DNA from: an uncultured Candidatus Saccharibacteria bacterium | GTDB lineage: Bacteria; Patescibacteriota; Dojkabacteria; SC72 | Length of the DNA stretch: 64,000 nt | NCBI GenBank assembly: GCA_964621195.1 | Contig: CAZULJ010000001.1 | Location: 33,200 to 97,199 of the forward strand | Direction of reading: 5' to 3' | In this document: in pieces, positions 1 to 9,131 of the stretch | Numbering within the stretch: the first letter of the stretch is position 1 | How the letters are laid out: every line of letters begins with the position of its first letter | Made by a program: the position numbers and the translations under genes | The notes under the pieces: generated by a model | What the model was told of the DNA's origin: nothing | Seen by the model: only the letters and a program-made list of their open reading frames with translations | Databases searched by the model: none

Positions 1-105
1 TACCACCAGGTCATAATACCTGCTACTACTAAAAATGCTACAACAGAGAGTACATACTCCATTTATATATTGATAAAAGGTTATTAAATATTTTAATTCA
101 ATATA

Positions 106-804
106 CTAAGAATTACTATACCCTTTTCCAAAAGAACTACTCTTTACATTCTCCATCGGAACATCTGGTTGGTTGAGAAGGATATCTTTCATTTCTGATA
201 TAAATTCTAATGTACCAGAGATATTAAATATGGGGTTGTGGTATTGATTAAGGATCTTTGCTAATACATCCCTATCTATTCTTTTACCATGGTACTTTTG
301 TATTGTGAAATTAGGAAGATTCTTTATTGATTCTTTCAGTTCTTCGCCAAAGATATATTCATCATCCCTATTTGCATACAAGAGAGTGCCTTTTAAGTCT
401 TTTTTCAATAGAGAGTAATCCATAATTACAGATCTAACAGGTGTTATACCAATACCTGCAGTAAGGAATACATATGTTTTAGATTCATCGGAGGCATTAA
501 AGAAAGTTGGAGAAACGGAAGGTTTTGTAAATGTAACTTTATCTCCTTCCACTAAGTTAAAAAGTTCTCTTTTAAAACTACTTCCTTTCTCATTGAAGTT
601 TCTTGTTGTAATCATAACTATATTTTCTGATGGTGCTGATGATATTGAGAATACCCTATCTTCCCCTCTCTCATCTTTGTTTTCATGGGGGATATTCAGT
701 AATATGTATTCTCCAGGAATCCAGGTGAAATTCTCTGGCTTGTGAAAAATCAGAGAGTATGCATTCTGTTTCTCTTCTTTTACCGTTTTTAGTGTGAGTT
801 CCAT
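106..804 (-). CDS. FAD/NAD(P)-binding oxidoreductase (ferredoxin-NADP reductase-like)
   Basis: R-x-F-S-I-S-S FAD-binding motif (RVFSISS) and G-x-G-x-x-P NAD-binding motif (LTAGIGITP); 232 aa. Confidence 0.6.
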   Translation of the reverse strand: MELTLKTVKEEKQNAYSLIFHKPENFTWIPGEYILLNIPHENKDERGEDRVFSISSAPSENIVMITTRNFNEKGSSFKRELFNLVEGDKVTFTKPSVSPTFFNASDESKTYVFLTAGIGITPVRSVIMDYSLLKKDLKGTLLYANRDDEYIFGEELKESIKNLPNFTIQKYHGKRIDRDVLAKILNQYHNPIFNISGTLEFISEMKDILLNQPDVPMENVKSSSFGKGYSNS

Positions 805-872
805 ATCGAAGGGTTAAAATTTTAGATAGTTAGTGTATCTAAATATTACAATTATATGGAATATTTGGTCAA

Positions 873-1256
873 TTAATTTTCTAAAAAGAGTTCTTCCCAG
901 GAAACTAAAACATCAAACTCTTGAGTCCCGAGATCCATTCTACTGCTTGCACTCTTTGGAATAAGGATTGAGCCGTCTATTGCGGCATCATCAATATGTT
1001 CAGGTATTAAGTCGAAACTACACATTACCTCAAGATATCTTCTATCTTCAAAATCATAAAGGATTGGTAGATTTGCATTGATTTGATATGCATAGGGAGG
1101 AATCTTACCCTCTTCTTCTACCTTCTTTGCTATTTCTCCAAGCATTATTCTAAGGTATGCTATTAAGGTTTTCTCAGATAGATCAAAATGAGGAAGAAAC
1201 TCTAGTAATTTCTCGTAACCTATTTTGTATTGTTCAGTTTCCTTTATTTCGGCCAT
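873..1256 (-). CDS. hypothetical protein
   Basis: 127-aa ORF co-directional with neighbours; no recognisable motif. Confidence 0.4.
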   Translation of the reverse strand: MAEIKETEQYKIGYEKLLEFLPHFDLSEKTLIAYLRIMLGEIAKKVEEEGKIPPYAYQINANLPILYDFEDRRYLEVMCSFDLIPEHIDDAAIDGSILIPKSASSRMDLGTQEFDVLVSWEELFLEN

Positions 1257-1289
1257 ATATATTTAACAAGGTTAATATTTTGATTGATA

Positions 1290-2657
1290 TTATACCTTAT
1301 TAAATTTCTTGTAGAAAGGCGATCCTTTAATTATATTCTCCATTTCTTCTTGCTTAAGGTCACTCTCTATCCAAATATGAGGAGAAAGCTCTAATCTCTG
1401 TTTCAGATACTCTTTTACATCCTCTATTGTAATTTTCTTAGCTTCTCTTACTGCAATATTTGAATTGAATATTTCACTTCCTTCTAAAAGAGCAGTAACA
1501 GCGTTTTCTGCTAATTCCTCATTGAATTTTGTAGTCCTTGGGAATATATATGTACTTATTACATCATCAAACCACTCCTTTCCTCTTTTAGATTTAAGGA
1601 AAAGAAAGGAAGTAGTATGAAGGACAGTATACAGCTCCTCTAACATCTTGGGGGTCTTCTCTTTCTCTGCTACAAATCTAAATCCACTCATAGAGTAATC
1701 GAAGGAGAGATTCCCAATTCTAAATACTGAAAAATCATATACTAAGCTCATTTTTTCTCTTAAAATATCATATGAAAGCCAGTCAAGCAGTCTCCCGTAT
1801 ATATACTCTATTGCATATCTTTTGTAATCAATTTTTCTTTCCTCTTTATCAAAGTATATGAAAGAGACACTTAGACCATTAGCCCTTTCTTCGGTAAATG
1901 TTCCAATACTAAGTTTGTTCTCAAGGTTTACTTCTCTTAATCCATCCATATCACCATTCTCAACCTTTTTTGATATCTCTTCTAATCTGTTTACAACAGA
2001 TTTTCTTAATTCACCATTGCTTTGTATTGTGAATGCACAGTTACCTGTCACAAATCTTTTTTTAAAAAACTTCTCTAAATCGTCTATATCAATACTTTTA
2101 ATATCTTCGCTTTCCCCTAGGATATCGTATGTAAACTCATCCTGTATATCTTTGAAGAGAAACTCAAGACTCATTAGGTAGGAATCCTTCTCCTTTTTTG
2201 ATTTCCTGCTTTTCTCTGCAAGAATTATTCCTCTCTCTTTCTCCATTTGATTAGAAAATTTCTTCTTTGGGAATTGTAAAATACTTTCCATACGGTCTAG
2301 TACACGCATATCACCTTGTTCATTTGAGTGTCCAGTAATATATATATTCTTTCTTGTGGTATATGCATTTGTGTATATTGCTGGTCTTTCCTTGTTCCCC
2401 TGCTCGAATCTATCAATATCTTCCTTTGTTTTAAATGTTGAGTTTGGATTAAGAAGCATATGCTCAAGAAAGTGAGCTGTACCCTTTGGAACCTCCTCTT
2501 TTATCTCAAAACTGCTTCCTGCTTTAAATACTAATGCGAAATCAAAGTCTACTGTTGCGGGATTATCTAAATGGAGAAGTTTTATGCCGTTATCTAGTTC
2601 ATATGTCTTGTATGTAATATTGTTGTATTTGTTCGAGAACTGGGCTATTAGTTTCAT
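1290..2657 (-). CDS. M16 (insulinase/pitrilysin-like) zinc peptidase
   Basis: Inverted zinc-binding motif H-x-x-E-H (GTAHFLEHM) near the N-terminus; 455 aa fits the M16 family. Confidence 0.6.
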   Translation of the reverse strand: MKLIAQFSNKYNNITYKTYELDNGIKLLHLDNPATVDFDFALVFKAGSSFEIKEEVPKGTAHFLEHMLLNPNSTFKTKEDIDRFEQGNKERPAIYTNAYTTRKNIYITGHSNEQGDMRVLDRMESILQFPKKKFSNQMEKERGIILAEKSRKSKKEKDSYLMSLEFLFKDIQDEFTYDILGESEDIKSIDIDDLEKFFKKRFVTGNCAFTIQSNGELRKSVVNRLEEISKKVENGDMDGLREVNLENKLSIGTFTEERANGLSVSFIYFDKEERKIDYKRYAIEYIYGRLLDWLSYDILREKMSLVYDFSVFRIGNLSFDYSMSGFRFVAEKEKTPKMLEELYTVLHTTSFLFLKSKRGKEWFDDVISTYIFPRTTKFNEELAENAVTALLEGSEIFNSNIAVREAKKITIEDVKEYLKQRLELSPHIWIESDLKQEEMENIIKGSPFYKKFNKV

Positions 2658-2683
2658 ATCTATGTGTTTAAGATTAATTTCTA

Positions 2684-3409
2684 ATGCTATTATTACATAT
2701 GTCTGTTGTCAAAGATATTACAAAGGAGTTAAAGAGTTTCTCCAAGAAGGAAAAGATTGATGTTTTTACTAGATTCTTTAAAACAGGTGAAGGTGAGTAT
2801 GGATATGGAGATATGTTTTGGGGAATAACGATTCCAGAAATTAGGGGAGTTGCAAGGAGATATTACAAAAGTGTTACACTGCAAGATATCTCTGAATTAG
2901 TAGAGGGTAAAATCCATGAGGTGAGATTAACTGGATATATTATGCTTACATATATGTATGAGAAGGCCTCTAAAGATCTCAAGGAGAACATTGTGTCTTT
3001 CTATTTATCTCATCTTTCTGGTGTTAACAATTGGGATATTGTGGATCTGTCCTGTTACAAAATATTAGGAGAGTATGTATTAGAGAATCCTTCTAAAAGA
3101 GTACTGCTATATGATCTTTTAGAAAGTAAGGAGCTATGGAAAGAGAGAATAGCTATTGTATCTACTATGGCATTGATTAGAGCGAATGAATTTGATGATA
3201 CATTGAGAATTTCCAAATTACTCTTGGGACACAAACATGATTTAATACATAAGGCTGTTGGGTGGATGTTAAGGGAGGTTGGAAAGAGAGATATGAATCT
3301 CCTGAGAGAGTTTTTACAGAGGAATATACAAGGGATGCCTAGAACTACTCTACGATATGCTATTGAAAAGATGGATGAAAATGAGAGAAAGAGATTCCTG
3401 AGTATGTAG
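2684..3409 (+). CDS. DNA alkylation repair protein (AlkD/AlkC-like HEAT-repeat glycosylase family)
   Basis: N-terminal FFKTGEGEYGYGDMFWGITIPEIRGVA matches the conserved start of the DNA alkylation repair enzyme family; 241 aa. Confidence 0.55.
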   Translation: MLLLHMSVVKDITKELKSFSKKEKIDVFTRFFKTGEGEYGYGDMFWGITIPEIRGVARRYYKSVTLQDISELVEGKIHEVRLTGYIMLTYMYEKASKDLKENIVSFYLSHLSGVNNWDIVDLSCYKILGEYVLENPSKRVLLYDLLESKELWKERIAIVSTMALIRANEFDDTLRISKLLLGHKHDLIHKAVGWMLREVGKRDMNLLREFLQRNIQGMPRTTLRYAIEKMDENERKRFLSM

Positions 3410-3427
3410 TAATGTGATAGAATTTGT

Positions 3428-5263
3428 TTGTTAAATTGCCTACTTTCATATATGTCTAAAAAGAAACCTCTATCTTTTAAAGATTATATAGATATTTCAT
3501 TGTGGTCACTAAAGATTAACTGGCAGATGTCAAAATTTGTTACAGTGGCAACTTTTGTTACTACGATATATAGGAATTTAACTGCTCTTGTTAATACTTA
3601 TTTAATGGCCCGTATTATAGACCAACTTATTGATCTTGTTGGTAGTAGTAATCCTCAGATCTCTAACATCTATCCTCTCCTTGTTATCATGGGTGGAGTG
3701 AAATTGATAGAGATAGCTGTTACAAACCTTGATAGCTATTTGAATAGGTATAGGAGAAGATTCTCTATGTCATATCTAATGCAACTCGAGTACGAGAAGA
3801 TTATGAGCCTTGGAGTGCAGACGAACCAATTACCATCGGTATCTAACAAAAGGCAGGTTACTCATGATTGGATATACAATATCGTAGATGTGAATCAGGG
3901 AATTGTAAGGATTGTAGCTTCATTTGTACAGAGTGTGTCTGCAGCAATAATTGTATTTTCTTTCTCATCTTGGATAGGGATTGCGGTATTGGTGATCTCA
4001 GTAATTGCATATTTGCAAAGTAGATACTTCTTTAGAAAGGATTTTGAGTGGCAAACTTCAGAAAAAAATATTCAGGAGAGAAGAAAGACCTGGTATATCT
4101 CAGATATCCTTTCTAATCCAGACACTATGGATGAAGTTTCATTAGTTGGGGCTTTCAAATATCTCGATATGAAGGTAAAAAGTTTCTACAATTTCTACAA
4201 TGAAGGTTACAAGAAAATTCTAAGATTAGATTCTGCTACTACATTCGGTGTAGACCTGCTGAATCTGTTTGTAATTATTGGTGGAACTATTCATGTATTT
4301 ATTCTAGCTATACAAAAGGTTATATCTGTTGGTGATACTACTTTTTACGTCGGTGCTATTAACAGCTTCTATGGTGGTGTCTCATGGTTTTCTGCTGAAT
4401 TAGTAATGTTTGGAGATATGGTTATGAAAGAAAGAGAGGTATATGAATTCTTTAACTTAAAGCCCTCTGTTGAGGATGGGAGTATAAGGTTGGAGAGATT
4501 GATTAATCCTCCTAGTATTGAATTAAAAGGGGTTACATTCCACTATCCTAATTCTAAAAGAGAGATATTTAAGAACTTCTCAATGAAAATTGCGTCAGGT
4601 GAAAAGATTGCTATTGTTGGTGAGAATGGTGCTGGTAAATCTACTCTTGTTAAGTTACTTTGTAGAATATATGATCCTCAAGAAGGTGTTATTCTCATTA
4701 ATGGTACTAATTTAAAAGATTTATCCCTTAATGATTGGTACAAAAATGTTGGTGTATTGTTCCAAGATTTTAACTTCTATGGAAATCTTACTGTTGAAGA
4801 GAATATATATATTGGTAAGTCTGTAAAGCAATTAGATAAGGAGAGGGTCATAGAATCCGCGAAGAATGCTGATGCACATGAATTTATACAGAAATACAAA
4901 AAGGGTTATCAAACAGTAATGAGTGAGAGATTCAAGGATGGTATTAAACCTAGTAAGGGACAACAACAGAAGATTGCTATTGCGAGATTCTTTTATAGAG
5001 ATGCCCCATTCGCAATATTTGATGAACCCACAAGTGCAATAGATGCGGATGCAGAGTATAGGATATTTAATAGAATATACAATTTCTTTGATAACAAAAC
5101 CGTATTAATTATCTCTCATAGATTCTCTACTGTAAGAAATGCAGATAGAATAATCGTATTAAGAGATGGTAAAGTTATTGAAGAGGGCTCCCACAAAGAG
5201 TTGATGAAACTAAATGGTGTATATACTGACAACTTCAGAAAACAGGCCGAGGGGTATAACTAA
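3428..5263 (+). CDS. ABC transporter, fused permease/ATP-binding protein
   Basis: N-terminal TM region; Walker A GENGAGKST, ABC signature SKGQQQKIAIARFF, Walker B IFDEPTSAID, H-loop ISHR. Confidence 0.85.
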   Translation: MLNCLLSYMSKKKPLSFKDYIDISLWSLKINWQMSKFVTVATFVTTIYRNLTALVNTYLMARIIDQLIDLVGSSNPQISNIYPLLVIMGGVKLIEIAVTNLDSYLNRYRRRFSMSYLMQLEYEKIMSLGVQTNQLPSVSNKRQVTHDWIYNIVDVNQGIVRIVASFVQSVSAAIIVFSFSSWIGIAVLVISVIAYLQSRYFFRKDFEWQTSEKNIQERRKTWYISDILSNPDTMDEVSLVGAFKYLDMKVKSFYNFYNEGYKKILRLDSATTFGVDLLNLFVIIGGTIHVFILAIQKVISVGDTTFYVGAINSFYGGVSWFSAELVMFGDMVMKEREVYEFFNLKPSVEDGSIRLERLINPPSIELKGVTFHYPNSKREIFKNFSMKIASGEKIAIVGENGAGKSTLVKLLCRIYDPQEGVILINGTNLKDLSLNDWYKNVGVLFQDFNFYGNLTVEENIYIGKSVKQLDKERVIESAKNADAHEFIQKYKKGYQTVMSERFKDGIKPSKGQQQKIAIARFFYRDAPFAIFDEPTSAIDADAEYRIFNRIYNFFDNKTVLIISHRFSTVRNADRIIVLRDGKVIEEGSHKELMKLNGVYTDNFRKQAEGYN

Positions 5264-5273
5264 TGTAAAAAAA

Positions 5274-5300
5274 GGGGACCTACTGTCCCCTTCTCTTTTC
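5274..5300. terminator. bidirectional rho-independent terminator between convergent genes
   Basis: GGGGAC-ctact-GTCCCC hairpin with A-run upstream and TTCTCTTTT downstream, between the ABC transporter (+) and 5319..5954 (-). Confidence 0.6.
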
Positions 5301-5318
5301 ATTCCATTTCAATGAGAT

Positions 5319-5954
5319 TTACCTACCGCTTGCTTGGCCATTGTCGCCAGCATCTTCATTGTTTGGGCTCTCACCTGGAGTATCATTACTGTTACTCTCT
5401 TGATTGTTAACACCGTCTCCTGCGTCATCGTTAACATTCTGTTCTGAGTTACCGTTGTCTGTTGCTGTTTCCATTTCCCTTTGTGAATTCTCAAAATTCT
5501 TCTTTGTTTCCTCTCCCATATTTTGATATTCCTCTTGAACCTTTTCCATATTCTTTACTTGGTTTGCAAGCTGAGTTTCATATCTATTTCTTACTCTTTC
5601 TAATTCTGCTTCTTCATAGTTTCCTTCTGCATTAAGAAATTCTTGAACTCTTTCCTCTGTCCTTTCTCTTTGTTTATCTAAGTCGTCTACTGCTACACCT
5701 AATACCTCTTCCTCTGCTTCCTCAGCTAAAAGCTCTTCTAACTCTGCAGCTCTTTCATCGAGTACATCCTGCTCGAACTCTGCTTGGGCTAATTCACCAA
5801 ATGTGAAAGCTCTTTGGAGAGATTCTGCAACAACATCCACCTTATGCATAAATGGCTCTGCTGGAGTTGATGCATCTGCTGCTGTGGCAAGTAGGTATCC
5901 GCCACCTCCTAAAAGAATAACTAGTACTAGTAAAACACTAAGTACTTTTTTCAT
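5319..5954 (-). CDS. secreted/membrane-anchored coiled-coil protein with acidic low-complexity tail
   Basis: N-terminal hydrophobic segment MKKVLSVLLVLVILLGGGG; Ala/Glu-rich heptad-like region; C-terminal N/D/G/S/E-rich disordered tail. Confidence 0.5.
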   Translation of the reverse strand: MKKVLSVLLVLVILLGGGGYLLATAADASTPAEPFMHKVDVVAESLQRAFTFGELAQAEFEQDVLDERAAELEELLAEEAEEEVLGVAVDDLDKQRERTEERVQEFLNAEGNYEEAELERVRNRYETQLANQVKNMEKVQEEYQNMGEETKKNFENSQREMETATDNGNSEQNVNDDAGDGVNNQESNSNDTPGESPNNEDAGDNGQASGR

Positions 5955-6088
5955 TTTATATAAAAATGATAATTAAGATACATTTAATTTTATACATCCA
6001 ACGAATGGACATCAATATGTCATATATGTTTGAAATTTCCTAGATATTTGAATATACTTAAATATATTAATTTAAGTCGTTTTTAAAT

Positions 6089-6637
6089 ATGTTGTGGACA
6101 GTATTACTTGGAGTATTAGTAGTAGTTGGAATATTTTTAATAGGTCTTTACAACGGTTTAGTAAAGCTTAAGTTAACAGTAGATGAGGCCTCCTCAGATA
6201 TTGAGACCTTCCTTAAGCAAAGATATGACATGATTCCAAATCTTGTAGAAATTGTTAAAGGGTATGCTAAGCATGAGAAAGAAATTTTTGAAAATGTTGC
6301 AGAGTTAAGAAGTAAGGCTATGGGTGCTGGTAGCTTAGACGAAAAGATGGCTCTTGAGGGAGAACTATCAAAAGGTATAGCAAAGATATTTGCTATTGCG
6401 GAGGCATATCCAGAGTTAAAAGCAAATGAGAACTTTATGCAACTTCAAGCAAACTTAAAGGAGTTAGAGGACAATATTCAGAAATCAAGAAGATTTTACA
6501 ATGGCACAGTTAGAGACTTTAATACAAAGATTGCAATATTTCCTAACAACCTTTTAGCTGGAGTTCTTGGATTCAAGAGTATGCCTTTCTTTGAAGCAAG
6601 TGAAGAGGAGCAAAAGAACGTAGAGATTAAGTTCTAA
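6089..6637 (+). CDS. lemA: LemA family protein
   Basis: N-terminal TM followed by the characteristic LemA region (GLYNGLVKLKLTVDEASSDIETFLKQRYDMIPNLV; 182 aa). Confidence 0.75.
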   Translation: MLWTVLLGVLVVVGIFLIGLYNGLVKLKLTVDEASSDIETFLKQRYDMIPNLVEIVKGYAKHEKEIFENVAELRSKAMGAGSLDEKMALEGELSKGIAKIFAIAEAYPELKANENFMQLQANLKELEDNIQKSRRFYNGTVRDFNTKIAIFPNNLLAGVLGFKSMPFFEASEEEQKNVEIKF

Positions 6638-6647
6638 GTATACTTAG

Positions 6648-8387
6648 ATGAAGAAATTATATATTCTTCCTCTTCTACTAATTTCTTTTGGTAGTCTTTT
6701 CTTTGTAAATCCTGTATTTGCACAAAGTGAAGATGAAAAGATCTTAGAATTCAAAAGTAGCATTACAATCAATACTGATGCTACTACCGACATTGTTGAA
6801 GAGATTACATTCCAACCATCGACTATATCTCCAAGGCATGGATTAGAGTGGCAAATTCCATATATATATTCTGTGAACTTCTTTAGAAGAAATACCGAGC
6901 TTACATTCAATGATATTTACTACTATCCTTTAGGTAATCCTGAGTTAAAGACATACAATCTTTTTTCAAGGGCTGATGAGAATGGTTGGGCAGTACTTCG
7001 TATCGGAGATCCTAATGTATATATAGATGGAACTTATGTTTATGTAATTGATTATACCCTCAAATATACGGGTATTTCCTACTTCGAAGAGAATGATGAG
7101 GTATATCTAAACATTATTGGTCCTGGGTGGTCTATCCCTATTGAAAACGCTTCTGCGAATATTACTGCTCCAAGTAAGATTTTAGAGACAGTTTGTTACA
7201 AGGGTGCAGAGGATGCAAATACTCAAGATTGTAATATTGAAGATATCTCTGAGAGTAATTTGTTAATATCCCCAAAGACAAGATTAGAACCGTATGAGGG
7301 ATACTCTTTTGCAATAAAGTTGGAGAAGGGAGTAATTGAAGATACTACTAAAGAACAGATATGGTTAGGTATATTATCAAATATAGGTATTCTACTCCCT
7401 ATTCCTGTTGGAATATATCTATTTGGATTTTTAAGAAAGAAATTTAAGAATGAAAAGATTACAGTAATCCCATACTATGAACCGGAAAAGGATATGGACT
7501 CTCTTCTTTCAGGAGTATTAGCAGAAAACAGGTTTGTTCCTAAGCATATAACAGCATTGATTATTGAGCTTGCTATTGGTGGATATATAAAAATTAGAGA
7601 GTATGAAAAGAAGAAGTATGAGTTTGTTAAGTTAGAAAAAGAGACTTCCTCCTTATCCCCCCACTCTTCAAAATTGTTAGAGAAAATATTTAAAAGTGGT
7701 GATGTAGTAAAGATTAAAAGTCTTACAGATTTCTATACCACATCAAATGTAGTATACACAGAAGCGAGTCAATCATTAAAGGAGAAGGGATTGCTTTCCA
7801 AGAAAAATATAAATTCAAAAACTTTGTTTATCGTTTTAGGTATTATTGCAGTTGCAGGAACAATATTTGGTGGAGCATTTTTTGCAATGATGGCTATGAT
7901 AGGATGGGCTATTGGTATATTTATTTCAGGCCTCCTTCTTTTCATCTTTGCCTTTATGATAGATGTAAGAACTCACGAAGGTAACAAAAAGTATCATTAT
8001 CTCTTAGGACTAAAGATGTATATTAATACTGCAGAAAAGCACCGAATAGAGTTTCATAACGATCCGAAAAGATACAATGAGATATTTGAAAAGCTTCTTC
8101 CATATGCAATGATTTTTGGATTGGAAAAGAAATGGGCAAAGGAGTTTGAAGATATATATACTCAAAATCCTGATTGGTATGAGGGTAATTTCAATACCTT
8201 TAATGCTTGGTACCTTGCTAATTCTTTGTCTAGTTTAAACAATACTGTTGTACATAGTGCAACTCCTCCTTCAAACTACAGTAGTGGTGGTGGATACAGA
8301 TCTGGAGGATGGAGTTCAGGTGGAAGTGGCTTTGGGGGTGGTAGTGTTGGTGGTGGAGGTGGTGGCTCGGGTGGTGGTGGTTGGTAA
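6648..8387 (+). CDS. DUF2207-like membrane protein with Gly-rich C-terminal tail
   Basis: Signal peptide, large extracytoplasmic N-domain, several TM helices, C-terminal GGGYRSGGWSSGGSGFGGGSVGGGGGGSGGGGW; sits directly downstream of LemA, the arrangement commonly seen for LemA/DUF2207. Confidence 0.55.
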   Translation: MKKLYILPLLLISFGSLFFVNPVFAQSEDEKILEFKSSITINTDATTDIVEEITFQPSTISPRHGLEWQIPYIYSVNFFRRNTELTFNDIYYYPLGNPELKTYNLFSRADENGWAVLRIGDPNVYIDGTYVYVIDYTLKYTGISYFEENDEVYLNIIGPGWSIPIENASANITAPSKILETVCYKGAEDANTQDCNIEDISESNLLISPKTRLEPYEGYSFAIKLEKGVIEDTTKEQIWLGILSNIGILLPIPVGIYLFGFLRKKFKNEKITVIPYYEPEKDMDSLLSGVLAENRFVPKHITALIIELAIGGYIKIREYEKKKYEFVKLEKETSSLSPHSSKLLEKIFKSGDVVKIKSLTDFYTTSNVVYTEASQSLKEKGLLSKKNINSKTLFIVLGIIAVAGTIFGGAFFAMMAMIGWAIGIFISGLLLFIFAFMIDVRTHEGNKKYHYLLGLKMYINTAEKHRIEFHNDPKRYNEIFEKLLPYAMIFGLEKKWAKEFEDIYTQNPDWYEGNFNTFNAWYLANSLSSLNNTVVHSATPPSNYSSGGGYRSGGWSSGGSGFGGGSVGGGGGGSGGGGW

Positions 8388-8408
8388 TATATATTAATAT
8401 ATTGATAT

Positions 8409-9131
8409 ATGGGTATATTTGACTTTTTGTTTGGATCTAGAATTGAAACTACTACATTTTTACAATTACATAAAAAAATTGTAGAGCTTAGATCTTCTAA
8501 CTTGTATCCATATCCATATAATCTTCCTCAGGCTATACAGTTTCCTCCGGATTTCTGGAAGGATTTAATAAATATATACAACAAGACATACAAGGATGGC
8601 TTAGAGAGGGCCTTCTCTGTTTTCTGGGCTGATGGGGAGGTTGTATTAACAGAGGTTAATACTGGTTCTGACAAGATGGTAAAAAGTGGTGGTAGTATTC
8701 AAGTTAAATACTCACATCATCCTACTAAGAGAGAGTATGCAAGGAAGGAGTTATATTTAGATGGTAAATTGCTTAAAAGGAGAGATGTATACCACAAGAA
8801 TGTTCCTAAGGCTTTAGAGGTTCAGTATCTTTTTAATATTCATACTCATCCAAAACATACTAGGGAGGATGGTAGTATATATTACAATTTCTTCTCTGCT
8901 CAAGATATTAAGGCTCTACTTGGTTCAAAAGCTATTATGACAGGATTAGTTACAGACAAGCTTTGGCTTCTAATTAGGACGGACAAGACCCCTTCCTCTG
9001 CAGAGGATCTTACAGATTCACAGGTTACTCCCGATTTTGTAGAAAATACCCTTAATATTGGGCTCTACAAGGCCGACTTTCACAAAAAAGCGTTTAGGTT
9101 TTCTCTATTAAAAGAAAGACAGTCTACTTAA
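8409..9131 (+). CDS. hypothetical protein with a possible divergent JAB/MPN-like metal motif
   Basis: HTHP...SAQD resembles the H-x-H...S-x-x-D JAMM/RadC signature but with longer spacing; 240 aa. Confidence 0.3.
   Translation: MGIFDFLFGSRIETTTFLQLHKKIVELRSSNLYPYPYNLPQAIQFPPDFWKDLINIYNKTYKDGLERAFSVFWADGEVVLTEVNTGSDKMVKSGGSIQVKYSHHPTKREYARKELYLDGKLLKRRDVYHKNVPKALEVQYLFNIHTHPKHTREDGSIYYNFFSAQDIKALLGSKAIMTGLVTDKLWLLIRTDKTPSSAEDLTDSQVTPDFVENTLNIGLYKADFHKKAFRFSLLKERQST

Noticed and set aside
1858-2181. Numerous 60-150-aa ORFs antisense to or nested in long genes (e.g. 1858..2181, 9599..9985, 10277..10840, 11143..11472, 12179..13239, 23558..24460, 24722..25178, 42647..44470, 46082..46563, 48686..49278, 56066..57144, 58467..60740)
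   Set aside because: They sit inside much longer ORFs with clear motif content, are low-complexity or hydrophobic, and have no motifs. They are shadow ORFs of an AT-rich genome.
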